DNA of 64,000 nt, from contig JANJGN010000010.1 in the NCBI GenBank assembly GCA_026770705.1, positions 1,302,001-1,366,000 of the forward strand. The letters run 5' to 3'. Each line of letters begins with the position of its first letter. Position 1 is the first letter of the stretch. Under the pieces are notes generated by a model. That model ran no database searches and was not told where the DNA came from. It saw only the letters and a list, made by a program, of their open reading frames with translations. Of the stretch, positions 26,501 through 38,960 are shown piece by piece. This DNA comes from Isurus oxyrinchus. Taxonomy: Eukaryota. The position numbers and the translations under genes are program-made.

Positions 26501-29500
26501 TAGTGTCTCTTTAAAGATAATGAAATTCCTGTTGGTTTCTGAAGGTTAGAAATTCCTCTGGTATGAATCATGGTTAGCCTGACATGTCAGGATAATACCT
26601 TTGTCCATTTTTAAAATAAAATAATAATCTTATAAAGTTGCTAGGTTAATGGAGATATATATTTTCCTTCCTGTCTTCTGGACGAGACAGTGGTATTGTA
26701 TGAGATGCAGAAACACTGTTGAAGTGCACCTCTGGCATGGCTGATATTATGGCAGAGAAGAATATGAAGAATATTTGGGTGGTGACATATGGAAACTCTA
26801 GTTCACTAAGGAGTAGTTGGCAAGTTGTGTCTGTGATCCAGCTCACATATAGTGAGAGTTTTCAATGTCATGTAGTATCACCGTGACTAACAGGAGCAGA
26901 GGCCTAACTACAGGCTGTGGGCTAATAAAGCAGCCAAGGAATGGACACGGAACAACAAAGGCCAATCCTGGGGGAAGACATCTAGATAACACTATACAGC
27001 AGAGATGGTTCCTTGGCTTCTTTAGGCACTAGGGAGCCACTGAGGTGACCAAGATGGGGTCTTGTGCTGAAATGCCAGTTGAACCTGTTTAGCGCAAGAC
27101 ACAGTCCTGGTAAAGGAGTTGAAGCGTGCACTATGAACAGCGATTGGTGGTTTGTTAGGGGGCTGATCACACTTAAATTATCTGCTAGTGCTCATTAAAG
27201 TGGCAGCATGCCAGCTTGGTAATAACACTTGTCCTAATGTCCTCTCCTGACAGCAAATAGCTGAATAGGAGTAAACAAGTCAATTGTTATTCATCTGTTA
27301 TTGTTAACTTAGCCGCTAGAGATTTGGAGATGACTTCTGAGACATATTGGGAGCTTTTCATTGACAGTTTGTCAAGACTTCATCAACACAATGTTAACAT
27401 TTACCATGGACATTTTCTGAGTACTTTGTCTAACAGAGTGAATACTGTGCTCCATCTTATTGGACACATTACAGGGGTTAGAGGGGAAAGGGAGAGCATG
27501 GTTATGACCATCTTGCTCAGAGTCCCTTCAGATTGGGAGGAGGACATGAGGCTGCTGCAGGAGAGAGGGACAGGAGAGTGAGGTGGACTTATTCACACAT
27601 ACACCCCGCTCACTCCCCCTGTGCACCTCCTCCACCACGATCTTCAGTGCCATGTTCAACAATCTATTTATCCTGTTCCTCAGTGCCAGGGTCACCCTGG
27701 AACCTGCCTCCTGCCTCTGAGCCTATTGCAGCCTAATGGCAGTGGGCATGTGCTCACACACACTGCTGCATTCCAGAACGAAACTTGCAGGTGTCTGTTT
27801 TAGCTCCTCTGGCAGGTTGAAAGTAATCAGCGATTCAGTGTACTGAAAACCACACTCTCAGACAGGTGTGTCTGAATAGCAGAGTGCCCATTTCACACCA
27901 ATTTTCACCCTTTCACCAAAATAACACCGCGTCTTTTCTGCAGGGAGTCTCGAAGGGGAGGCAGAAGAAATGTGTTAAAATGGGAAAAAGAAATTAGATA
28001 ATAAACATCTCAGATAAATGGTCATTATTTTTATTGTTTTAAAAATAGGAAAGAGAAAAGTCATTCAAACACTGTTAGTCTTCCTGAATATAAGACAATC
28101 TCCCAGGCCTAGATTACAGGTAGACTCCTTCAATCCTCATTCTTTCCATGAACTAAGTCCCTTATTTTCTGGTGGGTTATTCCATGATATCTGCCTTCCC
28201 TTGACAGTAGTTTAATTCATCATGAAGAGCTTGTTTAGTTTGTGCTTTCTACAGGTCACAGTGTTCCCTGGTAACTCCTGCACAAAGAGCTCCTCTCTCT
28301 CCTTATCAAATCCCTGCACAATTGTAAAAACTTTAAGCATGATTTCCCCCCCCCCTCCCTCATTCACAATCTTTCTTCTACAAAATTAAATTGAGCTCAC
28401 CAACGGTTTCAGCATTTACATCAATACAAGGGCTAGAAGCCATCCTGTTGTCATACTGAGTGATACCAAAGCTAAGTGTGGCGAGAGAGAATAGAAATTC
28501 TCCACTTACACAAATGGAGCAGAGCTCTCCATTCACAATGTGCACAGGTAAAACATCTTTCTTGCATTCTTTTCAATAGTAACGCATGTGAAATGTTGTC
28601 ACATTTGAAGCTGAGCAGAGAGCAATAGTTTCAGATATTTCAATTTATGTCTGTCAATGTTTTTTGAGCATAGAATTTATTCTGAATCAGGAACCTTGGC
28701 AGACCAGAAGCTACAAGAATTGTCTAACAATTATAATGATTTTTCTTTCAATAAAGATGAGCTCAGGTTCACAAACAGTACTTTGGTTTACAGATATACA
28801 GACTGAGAGAGTTTAAGAGTTTTGCAGTTTTACATCACGGCTGCAGCATCGGTGAATAGGCAAATCTGATTTGTACCAAAGGTAAACCTGGAGTGTAAAT
28901 GAGGAGTGAAGGATTCCAAACTGACTCTGAAGTGAATTGAGTGAGCCCAGAACCTGCTTCACTTCAGTGTCAGGTAAAACCCTGGCTCCAATAGGCTGCA
29001 TTTATGTCAAAAGTATGAAGTCAGTGCAAAGTGAAATGCACCAAAGAAGATTCATTAAAAATATTTAAAGGCCAAGAAATACAGTTGAATTTTTGTATTT
29101 TGAAAATCCCAGGGGAGTTACTGCTTGTTTTCTGAAGGTCATTTTACTGCAGTGATATTTAGTCTCATTGAATACAATCTGTGGAAGGACTGGCTGAATG
29201 CAATAAATGTCTTTTCTTCATTTCCTTCATATCTTTTATGAGCCTAAATCAAATCCTCTTATGAGATGCAGTGTTGCTCTCTGTAGCCTTTGCCAAGGAT
29301 ATTAAAAAATAAGACCAATATAAAAGGCATGTTTATTACAAATTCACAACTGGATCAAGAGAGGCAGTGAATGCAGAAAGAAAATGGTTTAAAATTTTCA
29401 TCTATATCTGTTCAGCATTTAAATGGGATTTACTGTAAATGGGCTGACGTATTGAGAAACAAGCTGTACTGCGAAGCTAAACTAATTCACAAGATGGCAG

Positions 29501-29564
29501 CATTTTACACGTCTACAGCCGGAGGAGGTTTGAGAGCCCCAGTAACTGAAGGGGTGGGGGTCAG

Positions 29565-29760
29565 TTAGCTGATACAGACCGATTCCAACAGCGGGGGTTC
29601 AATCCCCAAGTCGGCAGAGGTCATCCATACAGGTCGCACCTTCTCAACCTCACCCCTCACCTGAGGTGTGGTAACCCTCAGGTTAAACTCACCACCAGTC
29701 ATCTCTCTGTCTAATAAGAGAGCAACCTCTGGGACTACAGCAACTTTCACTTCACCTTCA
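29565..29760 (+). mobile_element. tRNA-derived SINE
   Basis: B-box-like GGTTCAATCCC near 29598; short-repeat tail (actttcacttcaccttca). Confidence 0.55.
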
Positions 29761-30029
29761 AATGAAGGTGGAATTTACTGGTGCTGGAGGAGAATTCATT
29801 CAAAAATAACAAAGGGAAATCTACTAAAATAACAAAGGGAATTCTACTAATCAAGATAAATTAATTATTTAGATTATACATAAATACAAGAAAGTTGTGA
29901 AAAATAGAAAGAAAACTAAACAACTTAAATAAGATTAAAATATAAAATAAAAGTCAAAATTGCAAAAGTTACATAAAGCATCAATTAATTTAAATAATGA
30001 AGAAAATGACACAAATTAACATTCTTGTT

Positions 30030-30300
30030 TAGGACTGTGGTTAAGTGTGATTGCTGGTTGAAGGGTGATGTACCACCACATCAGCTGCTACAGAGGTAGC
30101 ACTAGAAGAGGTAGAGACAGTTCCTGTTATTTCAGAGTCAGCTTCATGGTTCGGAGCAGATGGGAGCCTCTCTGAAAAACATATTGTGTGAGAGAAAGGT
30201 AAATGTAGAGACTGCTGCTGCTGTCAATACTTGTACACTGACTGATTTAAATAAGTGTGGAGCTACTTTCAGAGCTTTGTAAGCAACGTTCCTGTAAGTT
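30030..30300 (+). promoter_or_regulatory. Candidate RAG1 promoter / non-coding exon 1
   Basis: RUNX TGTGGTT 30036-42 and ACCACA 30075-80, E-boxes CAGCTG 30082-87 and CAGATG 30157-62, TATA-like TTTAAATAA 30246-54, donor-like AAG|GTAAAT (30199) and CCT|GTAAGT (30294). Confidence 0.35.
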
Positions 30301-30689
30301 TGCACATCCTGTATAGCTTAATCTTACTGAAGATTTCTACCATGGAACATAGATCATGTATTTATTATATGGGATCAGTATAATATATGCGAGTAGGTCG
30401 AGAGGTAAGAAGTTGAGCAAGAAACATCACATGTTTAACTGATATATTTAGATATTTTTTACTTAAGCGTTTTAAAATAAGAGATAGTAAATGAAATAAA
30501 GATTATTTTTCAGTTTTTAAATTGACAGCAGCTCTCCTAGCTGTTGTACTGGACATTGGATGATATTGCAGTTTTATTATGTTCTGTATTAGAAGGAACT
30601 GTAAGAAGAGTAAGGAGAGATGGTGTGAAGAGTAAGGAGAGATGGTGTGAAGATGTGAAACACCTCATGGATGCTGCTGAAAATTTTTA

Positions 30690-31302
30690 AAAATTTATTC
30701 ATGGGATGTGGGCTTCGCTGGCTGGGCCAGCATTTATTGCCCACCCCTAACTGCCCTCAAGAATGTGATGGTGAGCTGCCTTCTTGAACTGCTGCAGTCC
30801 ATGTGGTGTAGGTACACCCACAGTGCTGTTAGGGAGGGAGTTCCAGGATTTTGACCCAGTGACAGTGAAGGAACGGTAATATATTTCCAAATCAGGATGG
30901 TGAGTGACTTGGAGGGGAACTTCCAGGTGATGGTGTTCCCATTTACCTGCTGCCCTTGTCCTTCTATATGGTAATGGTCGTGGGTTTGGAAAGAGCTGCC
31001 TAAGAAGCCTTGGTGAGTTCCTGCAGTGCATCTTGTGAATGGTACACACTGCTGCTACTGTGCGTCGGTGGTGGAGGGAGTGAATGTTTGTGGATGTGGT
31101 GCCAATCAAGCGGGCTGCTTTGTCCTGGATGGTGTCCAGCTTCCTCTGTGTTGTAGGAGTTGAACTCATCACACTCCTGACTTGTGCCCTGTAGATGGCG
31201 GACAGACTTTGGGGAGTCAGGAGGTGAGTTACTTTCTGCATGATTCCAAGTCTCTGACCTGCTCTTGTAGCCACAGTATTTATATGGCTGGTCCAGTTCA
31301 GT
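30690..31302 (-). mobile_element. LINE family A 3' fragment
   Basis: Reverse complement of ~2345-2985 with a small internal deletion. Confidence 0.9.
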
Positions 31303-31542
31303 TTATGAAATCACGGAGACTAATTTCCTTAAAATTTGTCACAGATTATTATTTTTTGAGGAAACAATCAGAACTGTTCTTCCATTCAATTTGTTGTTTT
31401 TATTCTATCATTTTATCACTGAAAAATAAACAACTTAAATAAGTTTAAAGTATAAAATAAAAATCAAAATTGCAAAAGCTACATAAAGCATCAATTAATT
31501 TAAACAATGAAGAAAATGACACAAATTAACATTCTTGATATT

Positions 31543-31865
31543 TTATTCAGTGGGTATCACTGGTAAGACCAGCATTTGTTGCCCATTCCTAATTACCCCT
31601 AGAACTGAAAGGCTTGTTGGGCTATTTCTGCAAACAGTTGGGGGTCAACCACATTGCTGTGGGTCTGGAGACACAGGTTGGCCAGGCCAGACCAGTTAAG
31701 ATGTGTTTTTATGTCAATCAATGATAGTTTCATGGTCACCATTACTGTCACTAGCTTTATATTCCAGGTTTATTAACTGAATTTAAATTCCACCAGCTGC
31801 CATGAAGGGATTTGAACTGTTAGCCTGGGTACCTGGATTACTACTCCAGTGACATAACCACCATC
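31543..31865 (-). mobile_element. tRNA-derived SINE sharing its 3' tail with LINE family A
   Basis: tRNA-like head on the minus strand (..GTTCAAATCCC); tail ccagcatttgttgccc shared with the LINE; second partial copy at 39395-39530. Confidence 0.7.
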
Positions 31866-33355
31866 TCTCCCAACACTTGCTTCTGCTTAAACTCCCTATA
31901 CTGGAGTTTAAATATACTTTAATATTAACATTGGTGATTGGATTTGGTTATGAAGATTTTGAATATGTAGTAATTTAAAAAAAAACCAAGATAAATTGTA
32001 ATGGAAGCCAACATTTTCTGTTATCAGCTCTGACATGGCAGTACTGATGTTTGGAAAATGCCAAATATGCTGTACCACTTTCAAAAATAATCACTGCAGA
32101 TTCTTACATGAAACATGTTCTTCGGTTAAGTATGTAAAATATCTTGAAAAACATTTTAAGCACTAAAGCTGTGCTGTGTGGGTTTTGGAGGCCCAGTTAG
32201 TGCCACTGCATCATCTTGTTGTCTTTCTCTGTGAGCTGGTCAATATTCTTGCAGAGTCTGATGTTCTATTGATGCCTCTTATTAGTCTCAAGCAATATTT
32301 CCTTGAGTATAATCAGTCCTATATCTACTTTCAAGAGATACAAATTCACGGCAAGGAATTGTTAAATTGCAGACAAGACGAAACTAGTGTGTGTAAACAT
32401 GGGATAGTGATCAAAATATTACTTCTGAGCAAATCATAAAGAAATAAATATGTATTATTACTCAGAATGAGATTTTGTGTGTTTCATCATGAAAAGATCT
32501 TAGGGATAAAGGGAGAAATTTCAAATTCAGATCGTTCTTACAGATTTGAGTCACCCTATCCTATGGGGCAATATTTTAGCGCAGTCTGACAATTGTAGCC
32601 ATTAATTTTGTGACAATTTAAAATTTATCTCCACAAACCTTTGGTTTTCTGTCTTTTGTTAAATACCCATATCAGCAGTGGCTTTTTTAATGCAACATGG
32701 CATTTATATTGACTGCAGACACCACTGATAAAGGACCATTAACAGCAGGCAGCAGCATTGCCTGTTCCATTTGCATTGTGCGATTACAGCCAATTTCTGC
32801 TTTGTGTTAGAATACAAAGGAAATACCTAAGGAAATTAATTTGAACTATTTAGCTGTGTAGGTAAATACAGATTGGTTAGGTCTGTTATCTTGTTGCAGC
32901 TTTTATTTATTTCGATGTATTTATAAATATGTGAGCTTTGCCTATGAAATTTGCAGTGAGAACCTTAAATAATAATCTTGTACTAACTGGTGATGTTTTT
33001 CTATTTTTTTTCTTCCTTAGCTAAGTTATATGTTTTTCATCATCAAACAGTGTCAGTGTGACTTTAATCTAACCCAGCCAGTGAGAAAAGAAATAGGTGG
33101 GGTCGGCTGCCTGTCTTACACCCTGTCCCAATTAATTCTTCATTTGTGTAAAATGAGCAGCTTGCCCAGCCCTGTCAGATTCCTGCCAGGTGGGTTAGGT
33201 TAACATTAACCCCCTGTTATTGGTCTTTTAGTGAACTGAATCAAAACCCCAATTTAAGTGCAGCTCTAATGTTGTAAACTGTAGCTATCTGAACAATGAA
33301 TGATTAGAATGTGAGAGGTGTAAATTAACATTAAGCATGTGTTGCTCATGAAGAT

Positions 33356-33537
33356 CAAAAACAGAATTACCTGGAAAAACTCAGCAGGTCTGGCAGCATC
33401 GGCGGAGAAGAAAAGAGTTGACGTTTCGAGTCTTCATGACCCTTCGACCCTTCGGCTGCCAGACCTGCTGAGTTTTTCCAGGTAATTCTGTTTTTGTTTT
33501 GGATTTCCAGCATCCGCAGTTTTCTTTGTTTTTATAT
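33356..33537. mobile_element. Short Penelope-derived insertion with inverted arms and 14-bp TSD
   Basis: TSD TTGCTCATGAAGAT at 33342-55 and 33538-51; perfect 42-bp inverted arms 33356-97 / 33455-96; sequence matches 52670-52799. Confidence 0.92.
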
Positions 33538-33574
33538 TTGCTCATGAAGATGCTGAATTGTAATCATGTTTTAA

Positions 33575-33620
33575 TCAATAATCACTTTTTATATCTGTTA
33601 GGTACCCTTGTTTTCTGGAA
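33575..33620 (+). promoter_or_regulatory. Splice acceptor and short 5'UTR part of the RAG1 coding exon
   Basis: Pyrimidine tract cactttttatatctgttAG (AG at 33600-33601), then GTACC 19 nt before the ATG; matches the AG|GTACC start of mammalian RAG1 exon 2 as I recall it. Confidence 0.75.
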
Positions 33621-36600
33621 ATGGAATTGGAAATGGAATTGCCCCTGCAAATGATTCCTGATGATTTTAGACACTCAGGGACCACGTCTTTCATAAATTC
33701 CCAAAAGGAAGTCACGACTTCAATGGAAAAGCTTCATGAGACAGAGACTGTCACACCAGCTCGTGGCCAAGTGTGGCAACCCTCATTCTCTCTAACCAAA
33801 CCAGTGGGAACTCTGTCTTTGGAAACACTGCCTTTAGACAAGAAGACTTTGGAAGATAAGTCCCTGGAACACATGCCTTTAGAGGTCAACCCACTGAAAC
33901 ACAAGTTCTGTGACGTTCGCCAAATGGAGGCAAAGTCTTTGGAAGAACATATGTTACGGTTACAAAATCTTTGTCGTATTTGTGGGACTTCTTTTAACAC
34001 CACCAGTTATGACATGAAATACCCGGTTAGTGGCCCTGTTGATGATGTCACACAAGGGGTGCTCAGGAAAATGGGACACGGTGACTGTTTTTGGCCAGAA
34101 CTCATCCGTAACGCATTTAGGATTGATGTCAAGACCGATACAGAAGCCCAATATCCCACCCACTTTTGTTATAACTGCTGGCGGGTTGTCATACAGACAA
34201 TCAACAACAGTACGAATGAAGATGCGTTCTTCCCTGTCAGCACCATTGTTGAGTGGAAGCCACATTCCAATCTATGCAGCATTTGCAACTTTTCCAGTGG
34301 GACTCGCAAACGAAAAGGTCTCAAACGAAGTCCCCCAGTGGCAAAGAAGCCCAAAGTAGCAGCTGATGCTCCAATCAGACCAAGAGTCATGAAAAGAAAA
34401 GATCAAATAAATAGTACAAGTATTTTATTGGCTAAAAAGATTGTCAACTGCAAGAAGATCCACCTAAATTCAAAACTCCTTGTACTTGATTATCCCAATA
34501 ATTTCATCCAGTCAGTAACTTGTCAGGTTTGTGAGCACTTACTTGCTGACCCTGTGCAATCACCATGCAAGCACCTTTTCTGCAGAACGTGTATTCTCAA
34601 ATGTACTGCAGTCCTGGGCAAGTATTGTCCAGTTTGTAGGTTTCCTTGTGGTCCCACCGAGTTCAGGAGCCCGGTTAAGTCATTTATAAATGTCCTGAAT
34701 TCACTAGTTCTAAAATGTCCAGTGACAGACTGTGAAGTGGAGCTGAGACTAGGTGAATATTGTAACCATGTCCAAAACCACAAAGAACGAAGAATGAAGC
34801 AGGCTTACTCACCAGTAAACAAGGGGGGCCGGCCAAGACAACATTTGCTCTCTTTAACCCGAAGAGCTCAAAAACATCGTCTGCGAGATCTCAAACTTCA
34901 GGTGAAGGCTTTTGCAGATAAAGAGGAAGGTGGTGATGTAAAGTCAGTATGCCTCACCCTGCTGTTGCTGGCACTCCGAGCTGGAAATGAGCACAGGCAA
35001 GCAGATGAGCTGGAAGCTGTAACGCAGGGACGAGGATCAGAATTGAAGCCGGCAGTCTGTCTTGCCATTAGAATCAACACATTTCTAAGTTGCAGTCAGT
35101 ACCATAAAATGTATAAAACAGTCAAAGCTACTACAGGGAAGCAGATCTTCCAGCCTTTGCATGCACTCCGGAATACGGAGAAAACACTGCTGCCAGGTTA
35201 TTGTTCATTTGAATGGCAACCTCCATTAGCAAATGTCTCTACAAACACTGAAGTGGGAATCATAGATGGCCTGAGTGGTTGGGCTCAATGTGTCGATGAT
35301 TACCCAATGGAAACTATTTCAAGACGATTTAGGTATGATGTGGCACTCGCTTCAGCTGTGAAGGAGCTTGAGGATGATATTTTGGAAGGCTTAAAATGCC
35401 AAAATATGGACGAGTGTGTGAGTGGACCGTTCACTGTTGTCATTAAAGAATCTTGTGATGGAATGGGTGATGTCAGTGAAAAACATGGATGTGGTCCAGC
35501 AGTCCCAGAAAAGGCAGTGAGGTATTCCTTTACAATCATGAGTGTAAGCGTGATGAATGAAAACAATGAAAATGTGAAAGTGTTTGAAGAGCTAAAGCCG
35601 AACTCTGAGTTGTGCTGCAGGCCACTTTGCCTGATGTTGGCAGATGAATCTGACCATGAAACACTGACGGCAATCCTGGGCCCAGTAATTACCGAAAGAG
35701 AAGCCATGAAGACCAGTGATTTAATACTTGAAATTGGAGACTTACACAGATCTTTCCAGTTTATCTTTCGAGGCACAGGATATGATGAGAAGCTTGTGCG
35801 TGAAGTGGAAGGTCTTGAAGCCTCAGGTTCTATCTACGTCTGCACATTGTGTGATGCCACTCGAAGTGAGGCTTCACAAAACTTGGTCCTTCACTCCATA
35901 ACAAGGAGCCATGAAGAGAACTTGGAGCGCTATGAAATTTGGCGTTCAAATCCTTATCATGAGACAGCTGAAGAGTTACGCGATAGAGTGAAAGGGGTTT
36001 CAGCAAAACCATTTATAGAAACTCAGCCCTCCATAGATGCCTTGCACTGTGACATTGGAAATGCAACAGAATTCTACAGACTTTTCCAGGATGAGATCGG
36101 GGAGCAATACAAAAATCCTAACTCATCTAAGGAGGAAAGAAAAAGGTGGCAAGCAATGCTCGATAAACACTTGAGAAAGAAGATGAATTTGAAACCTGTC
36201 ATGAGATTGAATGGAAACTTCGCAAGAAAACTAATGACAAAAGAGACTGTAGAAGCCGTTTGTGAACTGATCCCATCTGAAGAAAGGAGAGAGATTCTCA
36301 GAGAGTTAATGCACCTTTACCTCCTCATGAAGCCAGTGTGGCGTTCCACATTCCCAACTAGAGAATGCCCAGACCTTCTTTGTCAGTACAGTTTTAATTC
36401 CCAGAGATTTGCGGAGCTGCTGCGTACAGAGTTCAAGCACAGATATGAAGGGAAAATCACTAACTATCTGCACAAGACTTTGGCTCATGTCCCTGAGATC
36501 ATTGAAAGAGATGGCTCCATAGGTGCATGGGCAAGTGAAGGGAATGAATCAGGCAACAAACTTTTTCGGCGTTTCAGGAAAATGAATGCAAGGCAGTCCA

Positions 36601-36827
36601 AATGCTATGAATTGGAAGACATTTTGAAGCACCATTGGCTGTACACTTCAAAATATTTACAGAGGTTCATGGATGTACACAATACATTAAAGTTTGGAAA
36701 GATTGCATCTGTCCCACCTGAAGTAACCAGCCAAGATAATACAGTAGTTGAAGATAATACAATAGTTGAAGATAATACAATAGCTGAAGATGATACAATA
36801 GCTGAAGGTGATTCCTTTAATTTTTAA
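33621..36827 (+). CDS. RAG1: V(D)J recombination-activating protein 1, single coding exon, 1068 aa
   Basis: Intact ORF with N-terminal Cys motifs (LCRICG, FCYNCW, WKPH..CSIC), C3HC4 RING ([17 protein letters not shown]), zinc finger A, nonamer-binding domain ([21 protein letters not shown]) and catalytic triad D613 (SCDGMGDV), D722 (GTGYDEK), E976 (EGNESGNK), equivalent to mouse D600/D708/E962. Confidence 0.99.
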   Translation: MELEMELPLQMIPDDFRHSGTTSFINSQKEVTTSMEKLHETETVTPARGQVWQPSFSLTKPVGTLSLETLPLDKKTLEDKSLEHMPLEVNPLKHKFCDVRQMEAKSLEEHMLRLQNLCRICGTSFNTTSYDMKYPVSGPVDDVTQGVLRKMGHGDCFWPELIRNAFRIDVKTDTEAQYPTHFCYNCWRVVIQTINNSTNEDAFFPVSTIVEWKPHSNLCSICNFSSGTRKRKGLKRSPPVAKKPKVAADAPIRPRVMKRKDQINSTSILLAKKIVNCKKIHLNSKLLVLDYPNNFIQSVTCQVCEHLLADPVQSPCKHLFCRTCILKCTAVLGKYCPVCRFPCGPTEFRSPVKSFINVLNSLVLKCPVTDCEVELRLGEYCNHVQNHKERRMKQAYSPVNKGGRPRQHLLSLTRRAQKHRLRDLKLQVKAFADKEEGGDVKSVCLTLLLLALRAGNEHRQADELEAVTQGRGSELKPAVCLAIRINTFLSCSQYHKMYKTVKATTGKQIFQPLHALRNTEKTLLPGYCSFEWQPPLANVSTNTEVGIIDGLSGWAQCVDDYPMETISRRFRYDVALASAVKELEDDILEGLKCQNMDECVSGPFTVVIKESCDGMGDVSEKHGCGPAVPEKAVRYSFTIMSVSVMNENNENVKVFEELKPNSELCCRPLCLMLADESDHETLTAILGPVITEREAMKTSDLILEIGDLHRSFQFIFRGTGYDEKLVREVEGLEASGSIYVCTLCDATRSEASQNLVLHSITRSHEENLERYEIWRSNPYHETAEELRDRVKGVSAKPFIETQPSIDALHCDIGNATEFYRLFQDEIGEQYKNPNSSKEERKRWQAMLDKHLRKKMNLKPVMRLNGNFARKLMTKETVEAVCELIPSEERREILRELMHLYLLMKPVWRSTFPTRECPDLLCQYSFNSQRFAELLRTEFKHRYEGKITNYLHKTLAHVPEIIERDGSIGAWASEGNESGNKLFRRFRKMNARQSKCYELEDILKHHWLYTSKYLQRFMDVHNTLKFGKIASVPPEVTSQDNTVVEDNTIVEDNTIAEDDTIAEGDSFNF

Positions 36828-38960
36828 GCTGAATTATTGGAGCTGAAATTGCTTCTAAGTATCTTTAACCTACAGGAGACTATGAACAGTCTGTACAATG
36901 TGGGTAGTTGGATTTATCATTGCCAAACTTAGTGTGCAAAGTTGACATAGGTGAAAAAGTTCTAACAGTGTTATTGAAAGCATATACTCAGTGCACTGTT
37001 GAATAGGCTGTGATAAATATATGTATCAACTGCAGCCAGAATAAAAATTGTTCACAAAGAAGTGAACCTTTCTATAATATTTGTCCCATGTTAAATATTC
37101 ACAGAGAGCAGCCATTTTGGTTAGATTTGGTGCTTAAATGTGAAAGTAAAGTGGGCAAGATAATAACATTAAATAAGATGGTAATTTTCCAGACGAAGGA
37201 GTGGATAATATTTTCTGAATTCAAGCTTTTCAGAACCAACACTAGCAGGTTTATTGTAGGATGGGGAACGTTGATGATGTTCAGTTCCAGTTGATTCACA
37301 TCTCTCAATCTTTGCTGTGTTTTCCATATTCTTATCCAGCTATTTATTGATTTCTTTTGGAAAATAATGTAATTTTTAAAAAATTACTACGCTACTTTAC
37401 AGAAAGCTTTTTTTAATGAGATTTGGAATAAGATACTCGTCTTCTAAATGTCATCGATTAATTTGATTTGATTTATTGAGAATTACTAATTGTGTTGCTG
37501 TGGTACTCATTTAGCCAGGCCAGAAGATTGGCTGTTTTATAAGGACAGGAGCATCATGAGTCCTGTACTCCGTAATGCACCACATTCAGCTGAGAAAGGG
37601 AAGCTTTGCATAACCATTAAGCCGGTGAGGTGCTTTCCTTAATTCGAAATTCCTCAGGTCAGGTTAGAATGGTTTCCTTTGGATTTTTAAAATATTTTTT
37701 GAAGCTTTTTTGTGAAATCAATTGGAAGATATTTTCAGTTTTGGCAGAGAGATTCATTTGTACATTGGGAATTTTTATATGCCCTTTTTCTCTTTTTCAA
37801 ATCATTTAAAAGTGCAGAATTTACATTGGTGACTTCTGTGACATCTAAAATATAACTAAAGGACCTTCAAGCCCTTCTCTATATACAGTAGTAGCAGATC
37901 GCCCATGGTCAGGCATTCTGCTTGGTCTTAATAGAAATGTTATCAACAAATTGGGCAATTGCCACTTGAAGCAAGTGTAACATTTATAGGAAGTGTCAAC
38001 TATAAATAAGAGATTTTGAAGTTGGTCAGTGTTTCACTCGGTATTTGGGGACAAAACAGGCATCTTAAACATTTAAATTTGCACAGCCACTGGTCCCATT
38101 GCTAAATTCACGGGGCCCATTTTCTTTTAGGAATCCTGCTTGATTTTGTAAGTTAGGGACCCAATGCCTCTAAATGACCCCTTTGAAAAATTAATGATTG
38201 ATGTCTGCTTTGTTCAAGATTTTTCAGCCACTACATCTGCCAAAATCATCCTGTGGGTCCAGGATGTGGTGCAGGAGCAGAAATGTTCCCCCAACTCCAC
38301 TGGAGACCTCCCTGTAACTCAACCTCCCTCCTGGGACTTCCCTTTGCAACTGATCCCCCTCATTACATGGAGGCAGCTTCCCATCATTATTCAGATGAGG
38401 CCTGAGAGATCCTATCTTTCTTTTGCTTAGGCCTGAAAATGGGTCGAAACAAATTAATTCCCCTTCGTGTTATAAGGTATTATTTTTCCTTTATCATTTA
38501 CTTCATTCTGGTCACCGTTTTGATGCCCAATTCAGATTAAATTTCAGACTGTGGTTTGTAAGCAACCTAATGGGAGACCTGTTAGTATTATTGATATATA
38601 TTATATATATATATATACATATTATACTTTATATATATATATATATATATATATAAATATATATCTGGCAGATCCCATGCATTTATTTTTATCATTCTGT
38701 AATATTTTATGTGTCTATTACATTGAGATCATGGGGCCATTGTTTTTTTTCAAAAAAATTACAATTAATACTTTTGTTTTGGTGACATCATTTCTAGTTA
38801 TTGAAGCTTTTAATAGTTTTCTACAGATACACAATCAAGACTTTGTAATTTATACCACTTGCTTCATGGAAGGAGTAAGGAGGTTTTAAAACTTTGGCAA
38901 GCTGTTACTGATTTTCCAACTTTGAGATATAAAGTATTAAACAAAATGAAAGTTGCAGTG
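36828..38960 (+). other. Probable RAG1 3'UTR with candidate poly(A) signals
   Basis: AT-rich and nearly TE-free, unlike the flanks; AATAAA at 37040-37045 and ATTAAA at 38936-38941. Confidence 0.45.
38595..38663. repeat. (TA)n microsatellite
   Basis: Interrupted TA run. Confidence 0.9.

Noticed and set aside
28257-28290. RSS-like CACAGTG ... ACAAAGAGC as a relic RAG-transposon end
   Set aside because: Spacer is 18 bp rather than 12 or 23. Other CACAGTG/CACTGTG hits checked (790, 906, 20965, 53916, LINE tails) lack a nonamer at the right distance
33734-36488. Antisense and alternative ORFs overlapping RAG1
   Set aside because: Short shadow ORFs expected opposite a long CDS
33621-36827. RAG1 as an active ProtoRAG/Transib transposon
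   Set aside because: Vertebrate domain architecture, R848/E649-equivalent residues present, no TIRs or TSD found
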